A stretch of 64,000 nt of DNA, taken from positions 2,505 to 66,504 of the forward strand of contig NZ_JBMDWL010000099.1 in the NCBI RefSeq assembly GCF_048594625.1. The letters are read 5' to 3'. Under the pieces are notes generated by a model, which was given only the letters and a program-made list of their open reading frames with translations, searched no databases and had not been told where the DNA came from. The stretch's first letter is position 1; each line of letters starts with the position of its first letter. Positions 29,327 to 39,608 of this stretch are shown piece after piece. The stretch is from Sphingobium sp. Lineage in GTDB: Bacteria > Pseudomonadota > Alphaproteobacteria > Sphingomonadales > Sphingomonadaceae. A program made the translations under genes and the position numbers.

Positions 29327-29721
29327 GCACCCGATGCGGTCCGACATCGCGACAGGATCAAAGGGGGGATGATCCGTGTCGCCAGAGGGGCCCGGCCCGC
29401 ATCAGCAATATCGGTGGGGTAACGCCTACCTGCAAGGGATCGGCCCGCCTGCAACAAATTATTACAATTGTCGCCGGTTCCGCCGCGCGCCGCCGCCCGG
29501 TTGTCCCGTTGCCCGATCGCCCTGTCCTACAGCCGCCGCCGCGCATAGGATGCCGCCTGCTCCTTCCCATCGTCGGTTCCGCATACCCATGATCCAACGG
29601 TCCGGGGCCGAAACTTTCGGCGCAAACTCGCCATGCGCAACATGCGCGAATTTAGAGAAGTTTGCCGCTGCCCGTCACGCCCGGTTGACCCCCGCCCCGC
29701 TTCACGACATGGCTGGCCACC

Positions 29722-31236
29722 ATGTCCGACGATCAGCATATCCCCGCGCCGCTGCGCCTGTTCAACAGCCTGACCCGCACGGTCGACGCTTTCGCGCCGG
29801 TCGATGGCCATCATGCACGGGTCTATAGCTGCGGCCCGACCGTCTATAATTATGCCCATATCGGCAATCTGCGCGCCTATGTCTTTACCGACACGCTGCG
29901 CCGGACCCTGTTGTGGAAGGGGCTGGCCGTCACCCACATCATCAACATCACCGATGTCGGCCACCTGACCAGCGACGCGGACGCCGGTGATGACAAGATG
30001 GAGGCCGCCGCCCGCGCCAGCGCGAAAAGCATCTGGGACATCGCGGCCCATTATACCGACGCATTCAAATCGAACATCGCCGATCTCAACATCATCGCGC
30101 CCAGCGAATGGACGGTTGCCACCGATTATGTGCCGCAGATGATCGCCTTTGCGGAAAAGATCGCGCCCGACCATTGCTATGAACTGGACAGCGGCCTGTA
30201 TTTCGACAGCAGCAGCGTACCCGATTATGGCGCTCTGGCCGGTGGGCGCGACGACGCGGCCCACGCCCGGATCGATCCGGTCGCTGGCAAGCGCAACCCG
30301 TCCGACTTCGCCATCTGGCGCAAGTCGCCGCCGGGCGAACAGCGGCAGATGGAATGGGACAGCCCATGGGGCAAGGGCGCACCGGGCTGGCATCTGGAAT
30401 GTTCGGTCATGTCACAGGCCCGCCTTGGCCAGCCGTTCGACATCCACACCGGCGGCATCGACCATCGCGAAATCCATCACCCCAATGAAATCGCCCAGAA
30501 TCAGGCCTTCCATGCCTGCTGCGGCGATCCAGGCGCAGCGGCGGCGGGTTTCACCGGCGCACGCTGGTGGATGCACAATAATTTCCTCGTGGACCGTCAG
30601 GGGAAGATGTCGAAGTCGAAGGGCGGCTTCACCACGCTGTTCAGCCTGATCGACGCGGGGGTCCATCCCATCGCCTATCGCCTGCTGTGCCTTGGCGCGC
30701 ATTACCGGTCGGAACTGGAATTCAGCGCCGACAATCTGGCCGCCGCCCTCACCCGGCTGAAACGGCTGGTCATGGGTGTCGAGGGGCTGAAGGCCCGCGC
30801 CGAAGGCGTGACGTGGCAATCGCCGCGCCTCGACTATCTGCGCGCCAATCTGCACCCCAGGCTGACGCCGCTGCTGGAACAGTTCGACGCCGCCATCGCC
30901 GATGATCTGATGACGCCGCGCGCCCTGCCGCTGCTGGAAGAAGTCATCGCGATGAAGAAGGTGCCGGTGGACGAAAAGCTCTGCCTGATCGCCGCCTTCG
31001 ATGCTGCGCTGGGCCTCAACCTGCTGACGTTGACCCGCGCCGACCTGCGTATCCAGCCCAAGGATGCGCAGATCACGCCGGAAGAGATCGAGGCTGACCT
31101 CGAACGCCGCACCGTCGCCCGCGCGGAAAAGGATTTCGCCCTGTCGGACGAGATTCGCGACGCGCTCATCGCGCGCGGCGTGGAGGTGATGGACGGCGAT
31201 CCGCTGCGCTGGGACTGGCGTTTGCCATTATCCTGA
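29722..31236 (+). CDS. cysS: Cysteine--tRNA ligase
   Basis: HIGN (HIGH-type) and KMSKS motifs are present and the overall pattern is that of CysRS; 504 aa. Confidence 0.93.
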   Translation: MSDDQHIPAPLRLFNSLTRTVDAFAPVDGHHARVYSCGPTVYNYAHIGNLRAYVFTDTLRRTLLWKGLAVTHIINITDVGHLTSDADAGDDKMEAAARASAKSIWDIAAHYTDAFKSNIADLNIIAPSEWTVATDYVPQMIAFAEKIAPDHCYELDSGLYFDSSSVPDYGALAGGRDDAAHARIDPVAGKRNPSDFAIWRKSPPGEQRQMEWDSPWGKGAPGWHLECSVMSQARLGQPFDIHTGGIDHREIHHPNEIAQNQAFHACCGDPGAAAAGFTGARWWMHNNFLVDRQGKMSKSKGGFTTLFSLIDAGVHPIAYRLLCLGAHYRSELEFSADNLAAALTRLKRLVMGVEGLKARAEGVTWQSPRLDYLRANLHPRLTPLLEQFDAAIADDLMTPRALPLLEEVIAMKKVPVDEKLCLIAAFDAALGLNLLTLTRADLRIQPKDAQITPEEIEADLERRTVARAEKDFALSDEIRDALIARGVEVMDGDPLRWDWRLPLS

Positions 31237-31316
31237 TGGGTATGGACGCGCAGCAGCCTTGACGCGTAAACCCGGACCCAGAACTGGCGTCAGGGCGATC
31301 AACCGGGGGAACGACA

Positions 31317-34268
31317 TTGCGACTGTCTGCATATCTGCCGACCGTCCTGTTCCTGTTCGCCGCCCCGGCAAACGTCGTCCTGGCCGCGCCGCCGCCCGGT
31401 TTTTCGGTGACCGACCCGGCCTATGGGCGGCTTTATGCGCTGGAAACGCGGGCGTCCGACCTGTTCAACAGCGACGATTATGCCCTGTCCATGTCGCAAA
31501 AAACGCGCGACGCCTGGCAACGCCTGCACGCCGCCGCGATGAAGGTGACGGTGGGTGGCAGGCCCCATCCGCTGGCTGGCGTGGCGCTCATCAACCTGTC
31601 TTCGATGGATCAGATCGACGGCAGGAATACCGATGCCCTCGCCCGGTCGCGCGACGGGCTGGCGCTGCTGGCGCCCTTTCCCGATGCCTATCCGGTGGCA
31701 TGGATGCAGGGCCTGTCGATCAAGGGGTTCATTCAGGCGGCGTTAGGCGACGTCACCGGCGCGGCCGACACGCTGGCGCAGGCCAGCAGTTACATGGACG
31801 ATTATATCGCCCGCACCCCGCCCGACCAGCAGGATGGATCGACGCAGATGCTGCGATCCAACATCGCCTTTTCCCATGCGCAGGCGCTGACCCGCCTTGG
31901 CCGCAACGATGAAGCGGTGGATGCGCAGAAGGCCAGCATGGAAGCGCGGATCATCGCTGCCGGGCCCAACAGCCCGGACACGATCGGTTCCTATTACAGC
32001 TATGCCCAGATGCTCGCCCGCGCCGATCGCGATGCGGAGGCGGAAAAATATGCGCGGCTGGCCGTGGAAATCGCCACCGACCATGTCGACCGCAAACATC
32101 CCAGCTATGCCCGCGCGCTCGAAGCGCTGGGCCTGCTCCTGTCGCGCACCGGCCGCCGTAACGAAGGGCTGGATTATCTGAAACGCGCCATCGCCATCAA
32201 GCGGGAGACGGTGGGCACCGACAGCCTCTATTTCCATTTCGCCCTGCAAAATATGGGCACGGTGCTGCTGCCGCTGGAACGTTATGCCGACGCCGAACCG
32301 CTGTTCATGGAGGCGGAGCGCGGTTTCCGCGCGCTGGAGGGCGAAAATAGCCCGCAGTCGGCGCGCGCGCTCGCTTTCGCCGCCTCCGCCGCGCTGGCGG
32401 AAGGACGGCGCAGCGACGCCATCGACCGGTTGCAGACGGCACTGGCGCGCGTGCATGCCGGGTCGGACAAGGACCGGGACATCGGCCAGCGCGTCTATCC
32501 CTTCCTGATCCCCGCGCTGATCGCCAGCAACCGCGATGATGAAGCCCGGACCGCCGCCGAAACCTTCGTCGCGGAAACCCGCCAGCTCGACAATGCGCCT
32601 GCCGTCCCGCTGGCGCAGGCCGCGATGCTGAATGCATGGAGCCATGGGGATGACATGGCGCTGTCGGGCACCGCGCATCAGCTGGTCGAACTGCTGCGCA
32701 ACGGGGCGGACATCCATGCGGACGGCGAACTGAACGAGGACCAGCGGGTGTCGCTCGACATGATACTCGCCACCGCCGCGCAATTGCGCGATGCGCCGCT
32801 GGCGCTGGACGCCATGGCCATATTGGCCGGGTCGCGCATCGCGCAGGCAAACCGGCTGGTGGCGCAGCGGATGGTCGCCGATCCCGTGCTGGCGGCGCGG
32901 GTGCGCGGGCTTCAGGACCGGACGAAGGCGCTACAGGCCGCCGACAGCCGCCTGCTCAGGGCGCTGGCAACCGACGACGGCGTTGCTCCGGCGCGGGCCG
33001 AACGATCGCGCGTCGCCGCATCGGTCGAAGCCGAACGCGATGCGATTGCGCGCGACTATCCCCGATGGGTCGAAACCCATGGCGGCGAACGGCCGGACCT
33101 TGACGCGCTGCGCGCGGGCCTTGCCCACGGCGAAGCCCTGCTGGCGGTCATGCCCGCCTTTGACGGCGTCTATCTGCTCGCGATCGGAAAGGACGCCACC
33201 CATATCGAACGCGCGGCCATGGACCGGACGGCGATGGTGGCGATGGTCGCGCAACTGCGCGCATCGATGACGCCGATGGGTTTCGATCAGGCCAGCGCGC
33301 ATAGCCTCTATGGCCAGATTTTCACGCCCGCCATCCTGTCCGCACTGGGGAATGCGCGCAGCCTGCGCATCGTGCCCACCGGCGCTTTTGCCTCCCTGCC
33401 CTTCTCCATGCTGCTGGAACGACCGGCAATCACCCCGTCGCGGGACACGGCCTGGCTGATCCGCCGTTTCGCCATAGAGGTGCAGCCCGGCTTTGCCACC
33501 GTCACCGCCCGCAAGCCGATGATCGCATCGGGCAGTCCGCTTTTCCTGGGCATCGGCGCGCCGCAGGGCTTCGCCGCGATCCAGCCTGCAACGGTGCAGC
33601 GCGGCGGCGATGGGACCGCCGCCAGTCCCCATAGCCGCAATGGCGGCATCGACGTGCAGGCCCTGTCCCAGCTGCCGCCCCTGCCGGGTTCGAAGGCGGA
33701 ACTTCAGGCGGTGGCCCGCCGTTTCGGCCCGGCACGCTCCACCCTGCTGATCGGCGCCGACGCCAGCGAACGCGCGGTCCGCCAGCAGGATCTGTCCCGC
33801 TATGGCGTCATCCTGTTCGCGACCCATGGCCTTGTCAGCGGGGAAATGGAGGGCGTGACCGAACCCGCGCTGCTGCTGTCGCCGCCCGATGCCGCGACGG
33901 CGGATGACGATGGCCTGCTGACCGCATCGGAAGTGGCGACGATGCGGATCGGTGCGGACTGGGTGATCCTGTCCGCCTGCAACACCGCCGCAGGCGACGC
34001 GTCATCGGGCAGCGCGATGGAGGCCCCGGCCTATTCCGGTCTGGCGCAGGCCTTCCGCTATGCCGGGGCGGGATCGCTGCTGGTGTCGCACTGGCCGGTG
34101 CGCGACGATGCCAGCGCCTTCGTCACGCTGGAAACGGTCAAGGGCGCCAAGCGCGGCCTGCCCCGCGCCGTCGCCCTGCAACGGGCGATGCTGAAACTGA
34201 TGGCGTCGGGGCGCCCGGACGCTGGCCAGCCCTATATCTGGGCGCCCTTCATTCTGATGGGCCGTTGA
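31317..34268 (+). CDS. Exported TPR-repeat / CHAT-domain (caspase-like protease fold) protein, 983 aa
   Basis: N-terminal signal-like MRLSAYLPTVLFLFAAPANVVLAAP, then a long TPR-like helical region. The C-terminal CHAT domain has a His (ILFATHGLVSGE) and Cys (WVILSACNTAAGD) dyad. TTG start with GGGGGA upstream. Confidence 0.8.
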   Translation: MRLSAYLPTVLFLFAAPANVVLAAPPPGFSVTDPAYGRLYALETRASDLFNSDDYALSMSQKTRDAWQRLHAAAMKVTVGGRPHPLAGVALINLSSMDQIDGRNTDALARSRDGLALLAPFPDAYPVAWMQGLSIKGFIQAALGDVTGAADTLAQASSYMDDYIARTPPDQQDGSTQMLRSNIAFSHAQALTRLGRNDEAVDAQKASMEARIIAAGPNSPDTIGSYYSYAQMLARADRDAEAEKYARLAVEIATDHVDRKHPSYARALEALGLLLSRTGRRNEGLDYLKRAIAIKRETVGTDSLYFHFALQNMGTVLLPLERYADAEPLFMEAERGFRALEGENSPQSARALAFAASAALAEGRRSDAIDRLQTALARVHAGSDKDRDIGQRVYPFLIPALIASNRDDEARTAAETFVAETRQLDNAPAVPLAQAAMLNAWSHGDDMALSGTAHQLVELLRNGADIHADGELNEDQRVSLDMILATAAQLRDAPLALDAMAILAGSRIAQANRLVAQRMVADPVLAARVRGLQDRTKALQAADSRLLRALATDDGVAPARAERSRVAASVEAERDAIARDYPRWVETHGGERPDLDALRAGLAHGEALLAVMPAFDGVYLLAIGKDATHIERAAMDRTAMVAMVAQLRASMTPMGFDQASAHSLYGQIFTPAILSALGNARSLRIVPTGAFASLPFSMLLERPAITPSRDTAWLIRRFAIEVQPGFATVTARKPMIASGSPLFLGIGAPQGFAAIQPATVQRGGDGTAASPHSRNGGIDVQALSQLPPLPGSKAELQAVARRFGPARSTLLIGADASERAVRQQDLSRYGVILFATHGLVSGEMEGVTEPALLLSPPDAATADDDGLLTASEVATMRIGADWVILSACNTAAGDASSGSAMEAPAYSGLAQAFRYAGAGSLLVSHWPVRDDASAFVTLETVKGAKRGLPRAVALQRAMLKLMASGRPDAGQPYIWAPFILMGR

Positions 34269-34357
34269 AGAACGTCCCTTATCAGGGAAAGTCCTTATAG
34301 GCTTGCCGGCCGCACGATCCGATAGAGGCGTCACCCCCCGACGCAAAGGATCTTCCG

Positions 34358-34855
34358 ATGATCGCGCTTGAAACCCGCTATGGATTCCGCATCGACATCC
34401 GCACCGCGACCCATGACGATGAACCGGCGCTGGCCGATTTCTTCGCCGCCGTCACCGATGAAGACCGGCGCTTCCGTTTCCTGTCCGCCGTTCATCAGCT
34501 GAGCGCGGGGCAGCTGCACGACATCACCGCCTTTGACGATCACCGGCATGAAAGCGTCGTCGCCTTCGCACCGGGCGGGGATAAGGTGATCGCCGTCGCC
34601 ACGCTGGCCGCCGACGTGCAAGGCGGCACCGGCGAAGTCGCCATATCCATCCTGCCCGATCATAAGGGCAAGGGGATCGGCTGGACCCTGCTCGACCATA
34701 TGGCGCAGGCGGCCAAAAGCTGGGGCATCGCCCGGCTCCAGTCCATCGAAAGCCGCGACAATCGCGCGGCCATCGCACTGGAACGCGAAATGGGGTTCAG
34801 CGCCCGCGCGGTCGAGGGCGATCCGACGCTGGTCCTGTTGGAACGTGTATTTTAA
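34358..34855 (+). CDS. GNAT family N-acetyltransferase
   Basis: Acetyl-CoA binding block ILPDHKGKGIGWTLLDHM; 165 aa. Confidence 0.85.
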   Translation: MIALETRYGFRIDIRTATHDDEPALADFFAAVTDEDRRFRFLSAVHQLSAGQLHDITAFDDHRHESVVAFAPGGDKVIAVATLAADVQGGTGEVAISILPDHKGKGIGWTLLDHMAQAAKSWGIARLQSIESRDNRAAIALEREMGFSARAVEGDPTLVLLERVF

Positions 34856-34882
34856 CCAGAGAGCGTTGGTTCCGAGCATGCC

Positions 34883-34914
34883 GGGAAGCGTCCGGAACTG
34901 CGCTTCCCTTTTCT
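34883..34914 (+). terminator. Intrinsic terminator after the GNAT gene
   Basis: GGGAAGCG-TCCGGAACTG-CGCTTCCC forms an 8-bp stem and is followed by TTTTCT. Confidence 0.7.
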
Positions 34915-34945
34915 AGACTTCGCTCGAAACGAACGAAATCAAGAC

Positions 34946-36814
34946 CTAACCCGCTTCCAGCGCCGCCGTCGCTTCCATCCACACTTCTTCGGCGGCTTCC
35001 AGCTTCTTTTCCACCTCGGCGCGCTTCACCATCAGTTGCGACGTCGTCAGCTTCGCTTCCGCTCCGGTCGCGGCCTTGGGATCGAACAACAGCGCGTCGA
35101 TCCGGCTGCGTTCGCTGGACAGCGCGGTCATTTCCCGTTCCGCCTTGTTGACGGCATTTTTCAGCACCTTCTGCTTTTCGCGCCATTCGGCGGCGGCTTT
35201 CTTGTCCGCCTTGCGATCCACCTTGGGCGCGTCGCCACCCGACGGATTGCCGTCCGCCTTGCGCAGGATGATGTCGGTATAATCGTCCAGAGACCCGTCG
35301 AACGGCTGGGCGGTGCCATTATCGACCAGCACCAGACGATCGGCGACCAGTTCGATCATGTGCCGGTCGTGCGACACGATCACCACCGCGCCCGAATATT
35401 CGTTCAGCGCCTGAACCAGCGCCTCGCGGCTGTCGACGTCGAGGTGGTTGGTCGGTTCGTCGAGGATCAGCAGATGCGGCGCGTCGCGGGTGATGAGCGC
35501 CAGCGCCAGCCGCGCGCGCTCGCCGCCCGACATGCTGCCGACCTTCTGCGTCGCCCGCTCGCCCGAAAAGCCGAAGCGCCCCAGCTGCCCCCGCACCGCG
35601 CCGGGGGTCGCCCCCTTCATCACGCGGGTCATATGTTCCAGCGGCGTGTCGGTGACGTCCAGTTCCTCCACCTGATATTGGGTGAAATAGCCGACATTCA
35701 TCTTGGGGCTGGAGGCCATGTCGCCTTCCATCGGTTTCAGCTGCGCGGCGATCAGGCGGGCCAGCGTCGTCTTGCCGTTGCCGTTGCGGCCCAGCAGCGC
35801 CAACCGGTCGTCCGGGTCGATGCGCAGGTTGATGCGGCGCAGGATCGGCGTTTCGGTATAGCCCACCGACGCCATGTCCATGGTGATCAGCGGCGGGCGC
35901 AGTTCGGCAGGACTTGGGAAACCGAAATGCAGCGTCGGGTCTTCGATCGCGGCGGCGATGGGCTGCATCTTGGCCAGCGCCTTGGCACGGGACTGGGCCT
36001 GTTTCGCGGTCGAGGCGCGGGCCGAGTTGCGAGCGACATAGTCCTGCAACTTCTCCCGTTCCGCCGCCTGCTTGGCGCGGGCCGCTTCCTGCTGGGCAAG
36101 CCGTTCGGCGCGCTGCCGTTCGAACGCGTCGTAACCGCCCGGATAAAGGGTGACCTTCCCCCCTTCCAGATGGAGGATATAGTCGACCACATTGTTGAGC
36201 AGATCGCGTTCGTGGCTGATGACGACCACCGTGCCGCGATAGGCCTTCAGGAAATTTTCCAGCCAGAGCGTCGCTTCGAGGTCGAGGTGGTTCGACGGTT
36301 CGTCGAGCAGCAGCAGGTCAGGTTCGGAAAAGAGCAAAGCGGCAAGCGCCACGCGCATCTTCCAGCCGCCCGAATAGCTGTCGAGCGGACGCCCCTGCAT
36401 CTCTTCGTCAAAGCCGAGGCCGACGAGGATGCGGGCGGCGCGGGCAGGCGCAGTATAGGCGTCGATCGTCGTCAGCCGCTCATAGATATGGCCCAGGCGA
36501 TCGGGGTCTTCGGTATGCTCCGCCTCCGCCATCAGGGCGGCGCGCTCCTTGTCAGCGGCCAACACGGTGTCGAACGGGGTGGCGGTGCCCGACGGCGCTT
36601 CCTGCGCGATATAGCCAAGGCGCGTGTCGCGCGGCATGTCGCAGCTGCCCTCATCGGGGTCGAGCTGCCCGATCATCACCTTCATCAATGTGGATTTGCC
36701 CGCGCCGTTGCGGCCGATCAGGCCCACGCGGCTGCGCGGCGGCAGCGCGGCGCTGGCGCGGTCGAGGATGGTGCGGCCGCCCAGGCGCACGGTGATACCG
36801 TTCAGATTAAGCAT
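34946..36814 (-). CDS. ABC-F family ATPase (two ABC domains, no TM domain)
   Basis: Two Walker A sites (GRNGAGKST, GRNGNGKTT), two LSGG signatures, an inter-domain linker and a C-terminal coiled-coil tail; 622 aa. Confidence 0.92.
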   Translation of the reverse strand: MLNLNGITVRLGGRTILDRASAALPPRSRVGLIGRNGAGKSTLMKVMIGQLDPDEGSCDMPRDTRLGYIAQEAPSGTATPFDTVLAADKERAALMAEAEHTEDPDRLGHIYERLTTIDAYTAPARAARILVGLGFDEEMQGRPLDSYSGGWKMRVALAALLFSEPDLLLLDEPSNHLDLEATLWLENFLKAYRGTVVVISHERDLLNNVVDYILHLEGGKVTLYPGGYDAFERQRAERLAQQEAARAKQAAEREKLQDYVARNSARASTAKQAQSRAKALAKMQPIAAAIEDPTLHFGFPSPAELRPPLITMDMASVGYTETPILRRINLRIDPDDRLALLGRNGNGKTTLARLIAAQLKPMEGDMASSPKMNVGYFTQYQVEELDVTDTPLEHMTRVMKGATPGAVRGQLGRFGFSGERATQKVGSMSGGERARLALALITRDAPHLLILDEPTNHLDVDSREALVQALNEYSGAVVIVSHDRHMIELVADRLVLVDNGTAQPFDGSLDDYTDIILRKADGNPSGGDAPKVDRKADKKAAAEWREKQKVLKNAVNKAEREMTALSSERSRIDALLFDPKAATGAEAKLTTSQLMVKRAEVEKKLEAAEEVWMEATAALEAG

Positions 36815-36883
36815 GGGGGCGGCCTGTAGCAGAGGTGCGGCGGGTGGTGAAGCGCCTTGGCAGCCTTCATGCCCATCGCCGGT

Positions 36884-39163
36884 TCAGCCCTTCGCCGGGG
36901 TTTCCGCCGCCGCATAAAGCGTGAACTGCCCATGCAGTCCGCCCACGCTCGATTGCCCGACCCACAGATCGAAAACGCCCGGCTCCGCGATCCGCTGGTT
37001 CCGCGCGCCGACGAACTCCAGATCGGTGCGGGACAGGGAAAAACGCACGGTCCGGCTTTCCCCCGGCGAAAGGGTGACCCGTTCCATGCGCTTCAGCTCG
37101 CGGATCGGGCGGGTGCGGCTGGCGACCCGGTCACGGGTGTAGAGCTGCACGACTTCGCTACCCATGCGCTTGCCCCTGTTGGTGACGCGGGCCGTCACCT
37201 CTATCGCCGCGTCCCATCGCAGCGCCGTGTCGGACAGTTTCAGCTGGTCGATCGTAAAATCGGTGTAGCTGAGGCCATGACCGAACGGGAAACGGGCGCT
37301 GTTGTCGGTGGTGGCATAGCGGGCTTTATATTCGGTGCTGCCATTGTCGACGACGGGACGGCCGGTCGATTTGCGGTCGTAATAGAAAGGCTCCTGCCCG
37401 CTTTCCCATGGGAAGCTGACGGGCAGCTTGGCCGATGGATCGACTTTGCCCAGCAGTATGTCGGCGATGGCATGCCCCGCTTCGCTGCCCAGAAACCAGG
37501 TGGCAAGGATCGCGCCCGCATTGGCGACGCCGTCATGCAGCGCCAGTGCGCGACCGTGGCGAAGCAGGATAACGACGGGCTTGCCGGTCGCCACCACGGC
37601 GTCGGCCAGCGCCTGTTGCGCCTGCGGGATTTCGATGACGGTGCGGGACTGGGCCTCCCCGGACATCGCCTGCGATTCGCCGATGGCGAGCAGGGTGATG
37701 TCGGCGGCCTTCGCGGCCTCCACCGCTGCGGCAATGCCGCCGTCGATCGGGCCGCTGATGTCGCTGCCGCGCACGATCGTGAGGTTCGACGCGTCGGGCA
37801 GCGCCGCGCGCAATCCGGTGGCGATGTCCACACCTTTGTCCGGATCGCCATAAAAGGCCCATGGGCCATAGATATTCGCGCGATCCTCTGCAAAGGGACC
37901 GATCAGGGCGATCTTCTGCCCTTTCGCCGGATCGATCGGCAACAGGCCGTCGTTCCGCAGCAGCACCACCGATTTGGCGGCGGCTTCACGCGCAAGGGCG
38001 CGATGCGCGGGCGTGAAGATGCGGGTCTTTTCCGCCTCTTCGCTCAGCGATCGATAAGGATTGTCGAACAGGCCGATGGCCGCCTTCACATACAGGATGC
38101 GGCGGACGGCCACGTCGATCGTGCCCATGGGCACCGCGCCGCTCTTCACCAGTTCGGGCAGATAGCGGATATAGAGGCCGCTCTGCATCGACATGTCCAC
38201 CCCGGCCAGCACGGCAAGCCGGGCGGCGTCGCGCGCATCCTCGGCAAAGCCATGGGCGACCAGTTCCTCGTCCGCCGTATAATCGGAAAAGACGAAGCCG
38301 CGAAATTTCATCTCCCCGCGCAGGATGTCGGTCAGCAGTTCGCTGTCGGCGGTCGCGGGCACACCGTTGATTTCGTTGAACGCCGCCATGGTGGTCAGGG
38401 CGCCTGCCGCGAACGCCTTGCCAAAAGGGGGCAGATGGGTTTCGCGCAGCGTTTCCTCACTGATGTCGACATTGCCATATTCCAGGCCAGCGGCGACCGC
38501 ACCATAAGCGGCGAAATGTTTGGGGCAGGCGAGCAGGCTGTCGTCGCGGCGCAGGTCGCGCCCCTGAAAGCCGCGAATGCGCGCGGCAGACAGCAGGCCG
38601 GTCAGCGTCACGTCCTCCCCCGCACCTTCCACCACCCGGCCCCATCGCTGATCGCGGGCAACGTCCACCATCGGCGCGAAGGTCAGGTGCAGCCCGGCGG
38701 CGGTCGCCTCCACCGCCATCGCGCGGGCCGTACGTTCACACAGCGAAGGGTCGAAACTGGACGCTTCGCCCAGCGGAACGGGGAATATCGTCTTGAGGCC
38801 ATGGATGACATCGCCCGCGAACAACAGCGGTATGCCAAGGCGGCTGTCCTTTACCGCCATCTCCTGCGCGCGGCGGGCGCCCGCGACGCCGATGCCATTG
38901 AACAGGCAACCGACCCGGCCCCGGCGCACTTCGTCCGACAGGCGCTTTTCATCCTGAATGCCGACCTGCGGATTGGGCGGGTTGAACGGGCGGAAACTGT
39001 CGGCAAGGCAGGTCATCTGACCGGCCTTTTCCTCCACCGTCATCTTCGCAATCAGGGCATCGACGCGCTCCACATCGGTCTGCGCCAGCGCGCGGCGAGG
39101 AACGCCAAGCGCAAGAGCGCCGCCCAGCGTGCGGATCATCAGGTCACGACGGTCGATTATCAT
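36884..39163 (-). CDS. Glycoside hydrolase family 3 beta-glucosidase (BglX-like), Tat-exported
   Basis: Tat signal MIIDRRDLMIRTLGGALALGVPRRALAQ. GH3 blocks KHFAAYG and GFVFSDY, plus a C-terminal FnIII-like domain. I chose the start at ATG 39163. Confidence 0.9.
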   Translation of the reverse strand: MIIDRRDLMIRTLGGALALGVPRRALAQTDVERVDALIAKMTVEEKAGQMTCLADSFRPFNPPNPQVGIQDEKRLSDEVRRGRVGCLFNGIGVAGARRAQEMAVKDSRLGIPLLFAGDVIHGLKTIFPVPLGEASSFDPSLCERTARAMAVEATAAGLHLTFAPMVDVARDQRWGRVVEGAGEDVTLTGLLSAARIRGFQGRDLRRDDSLLACPKHFAAYGAVAAGLEYGNVDISEETLRETHLPPFGKAFAAGALTTMAAFNEINGVPATADSELLTDILRGEMKFRGFVFSDYTADEELVAHGFAEDARDAARLAVLAGVDMSMQSGLYIRYLPELVKSGAVPMGTIDVAVRRILYVKAAIGLFDNPYRSLSEEAEKTRIFTPAHRALAREAAAKSVVLLRNDGLLPIDPAKGQKIALIGPFAEDRANIYGPWAFYGDPDKGVDIATGLRAALPDASNLTIVRGSDISGPIDGGIAAAVEAAKAADITLLAIGESQAMSGEAQSRTVIEIPQAQQALADAVVATGKPVVILLRHGRALALHDGVANAGAILATWFLGSEAGHAIADILLGKVDPSAKLPVSFPWESGQEPFYYDRKSTGRPVVDNGSTEYKARYATTDNSARFPFGHGLSYTDFTIDQLKLSDTALRWDAAIEVTARVTNRGKRMGSEVVQLYTRDRVASRTRPIRELKRMERVTLSPGESRTVRFSLSRTDLEFVGARNQRIAEPGVFDLWVGQSSVGGLHGQFTLYAAAETPAKG

Positions 39164-39287
39164 GCTAGGAAGGAATGGCCTGCGAAGAATGAAAGGAACT
39201 TGTCCGGTCAAACGTGAAGGTCCGCATTTCGTTGCGATGCAGCAAGGATGCTGCGGCATGCTGCCCCATGCCGGGGATCGGGCGTTG

Positions 39288-39608
39288 TCAGGCCTGCGCG
39301 AAGAATTTCGTGCCCATGACGCCGATCACGATCATCGCCATGAAAGCTGCCTGCACCGGATTCACCCGATCGCCGAACAGGAATATCCCGGCGATGATGA
39401 CGCCGACCGCGCCCAGCCCGGTCCAGATCGCATAGGCGGTGCCAGCGGGAAGATCGCGCATCGCAAATGCGAGCAGACCCATGTTGAGGAAACTCAGCGC
39501 AACCGGCACGGCCGATGCCTGCCAGGAACCGAGCGTCGCCGCCCATTTGAGGCTGAGCGCCCAACAGATTTCGGTAAATACGGCAATGCCCAGGACAACC
39601 CACGCCAT
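39288..39608 (-). CDS. SMR family small multidrug/guanidinium-type exporter (SugE/Gdx-like)
   Basis: 106 aa with four TM segments, the conserved membrane Glu in AVFTEICWAL, and the AYAIWTGLGAVG block. Confidence 0.88.
   Translation of the reverse strand: MAWVVLGIAVFTEICWALSLKWAATLGSWQASAVPVALSFLNMGLLAFAMRDLPAGTAYAIWTGLGAVGVIIAGIFLFGDRVNPVQAAFMAMIVIGVMGTKFFAQA

Noticed and set aside
36857-39217. 786-aa plus-strand ORF
   Set aside because: It is antisense to the GH3 beta-glucosidase and is a shadow ORF.
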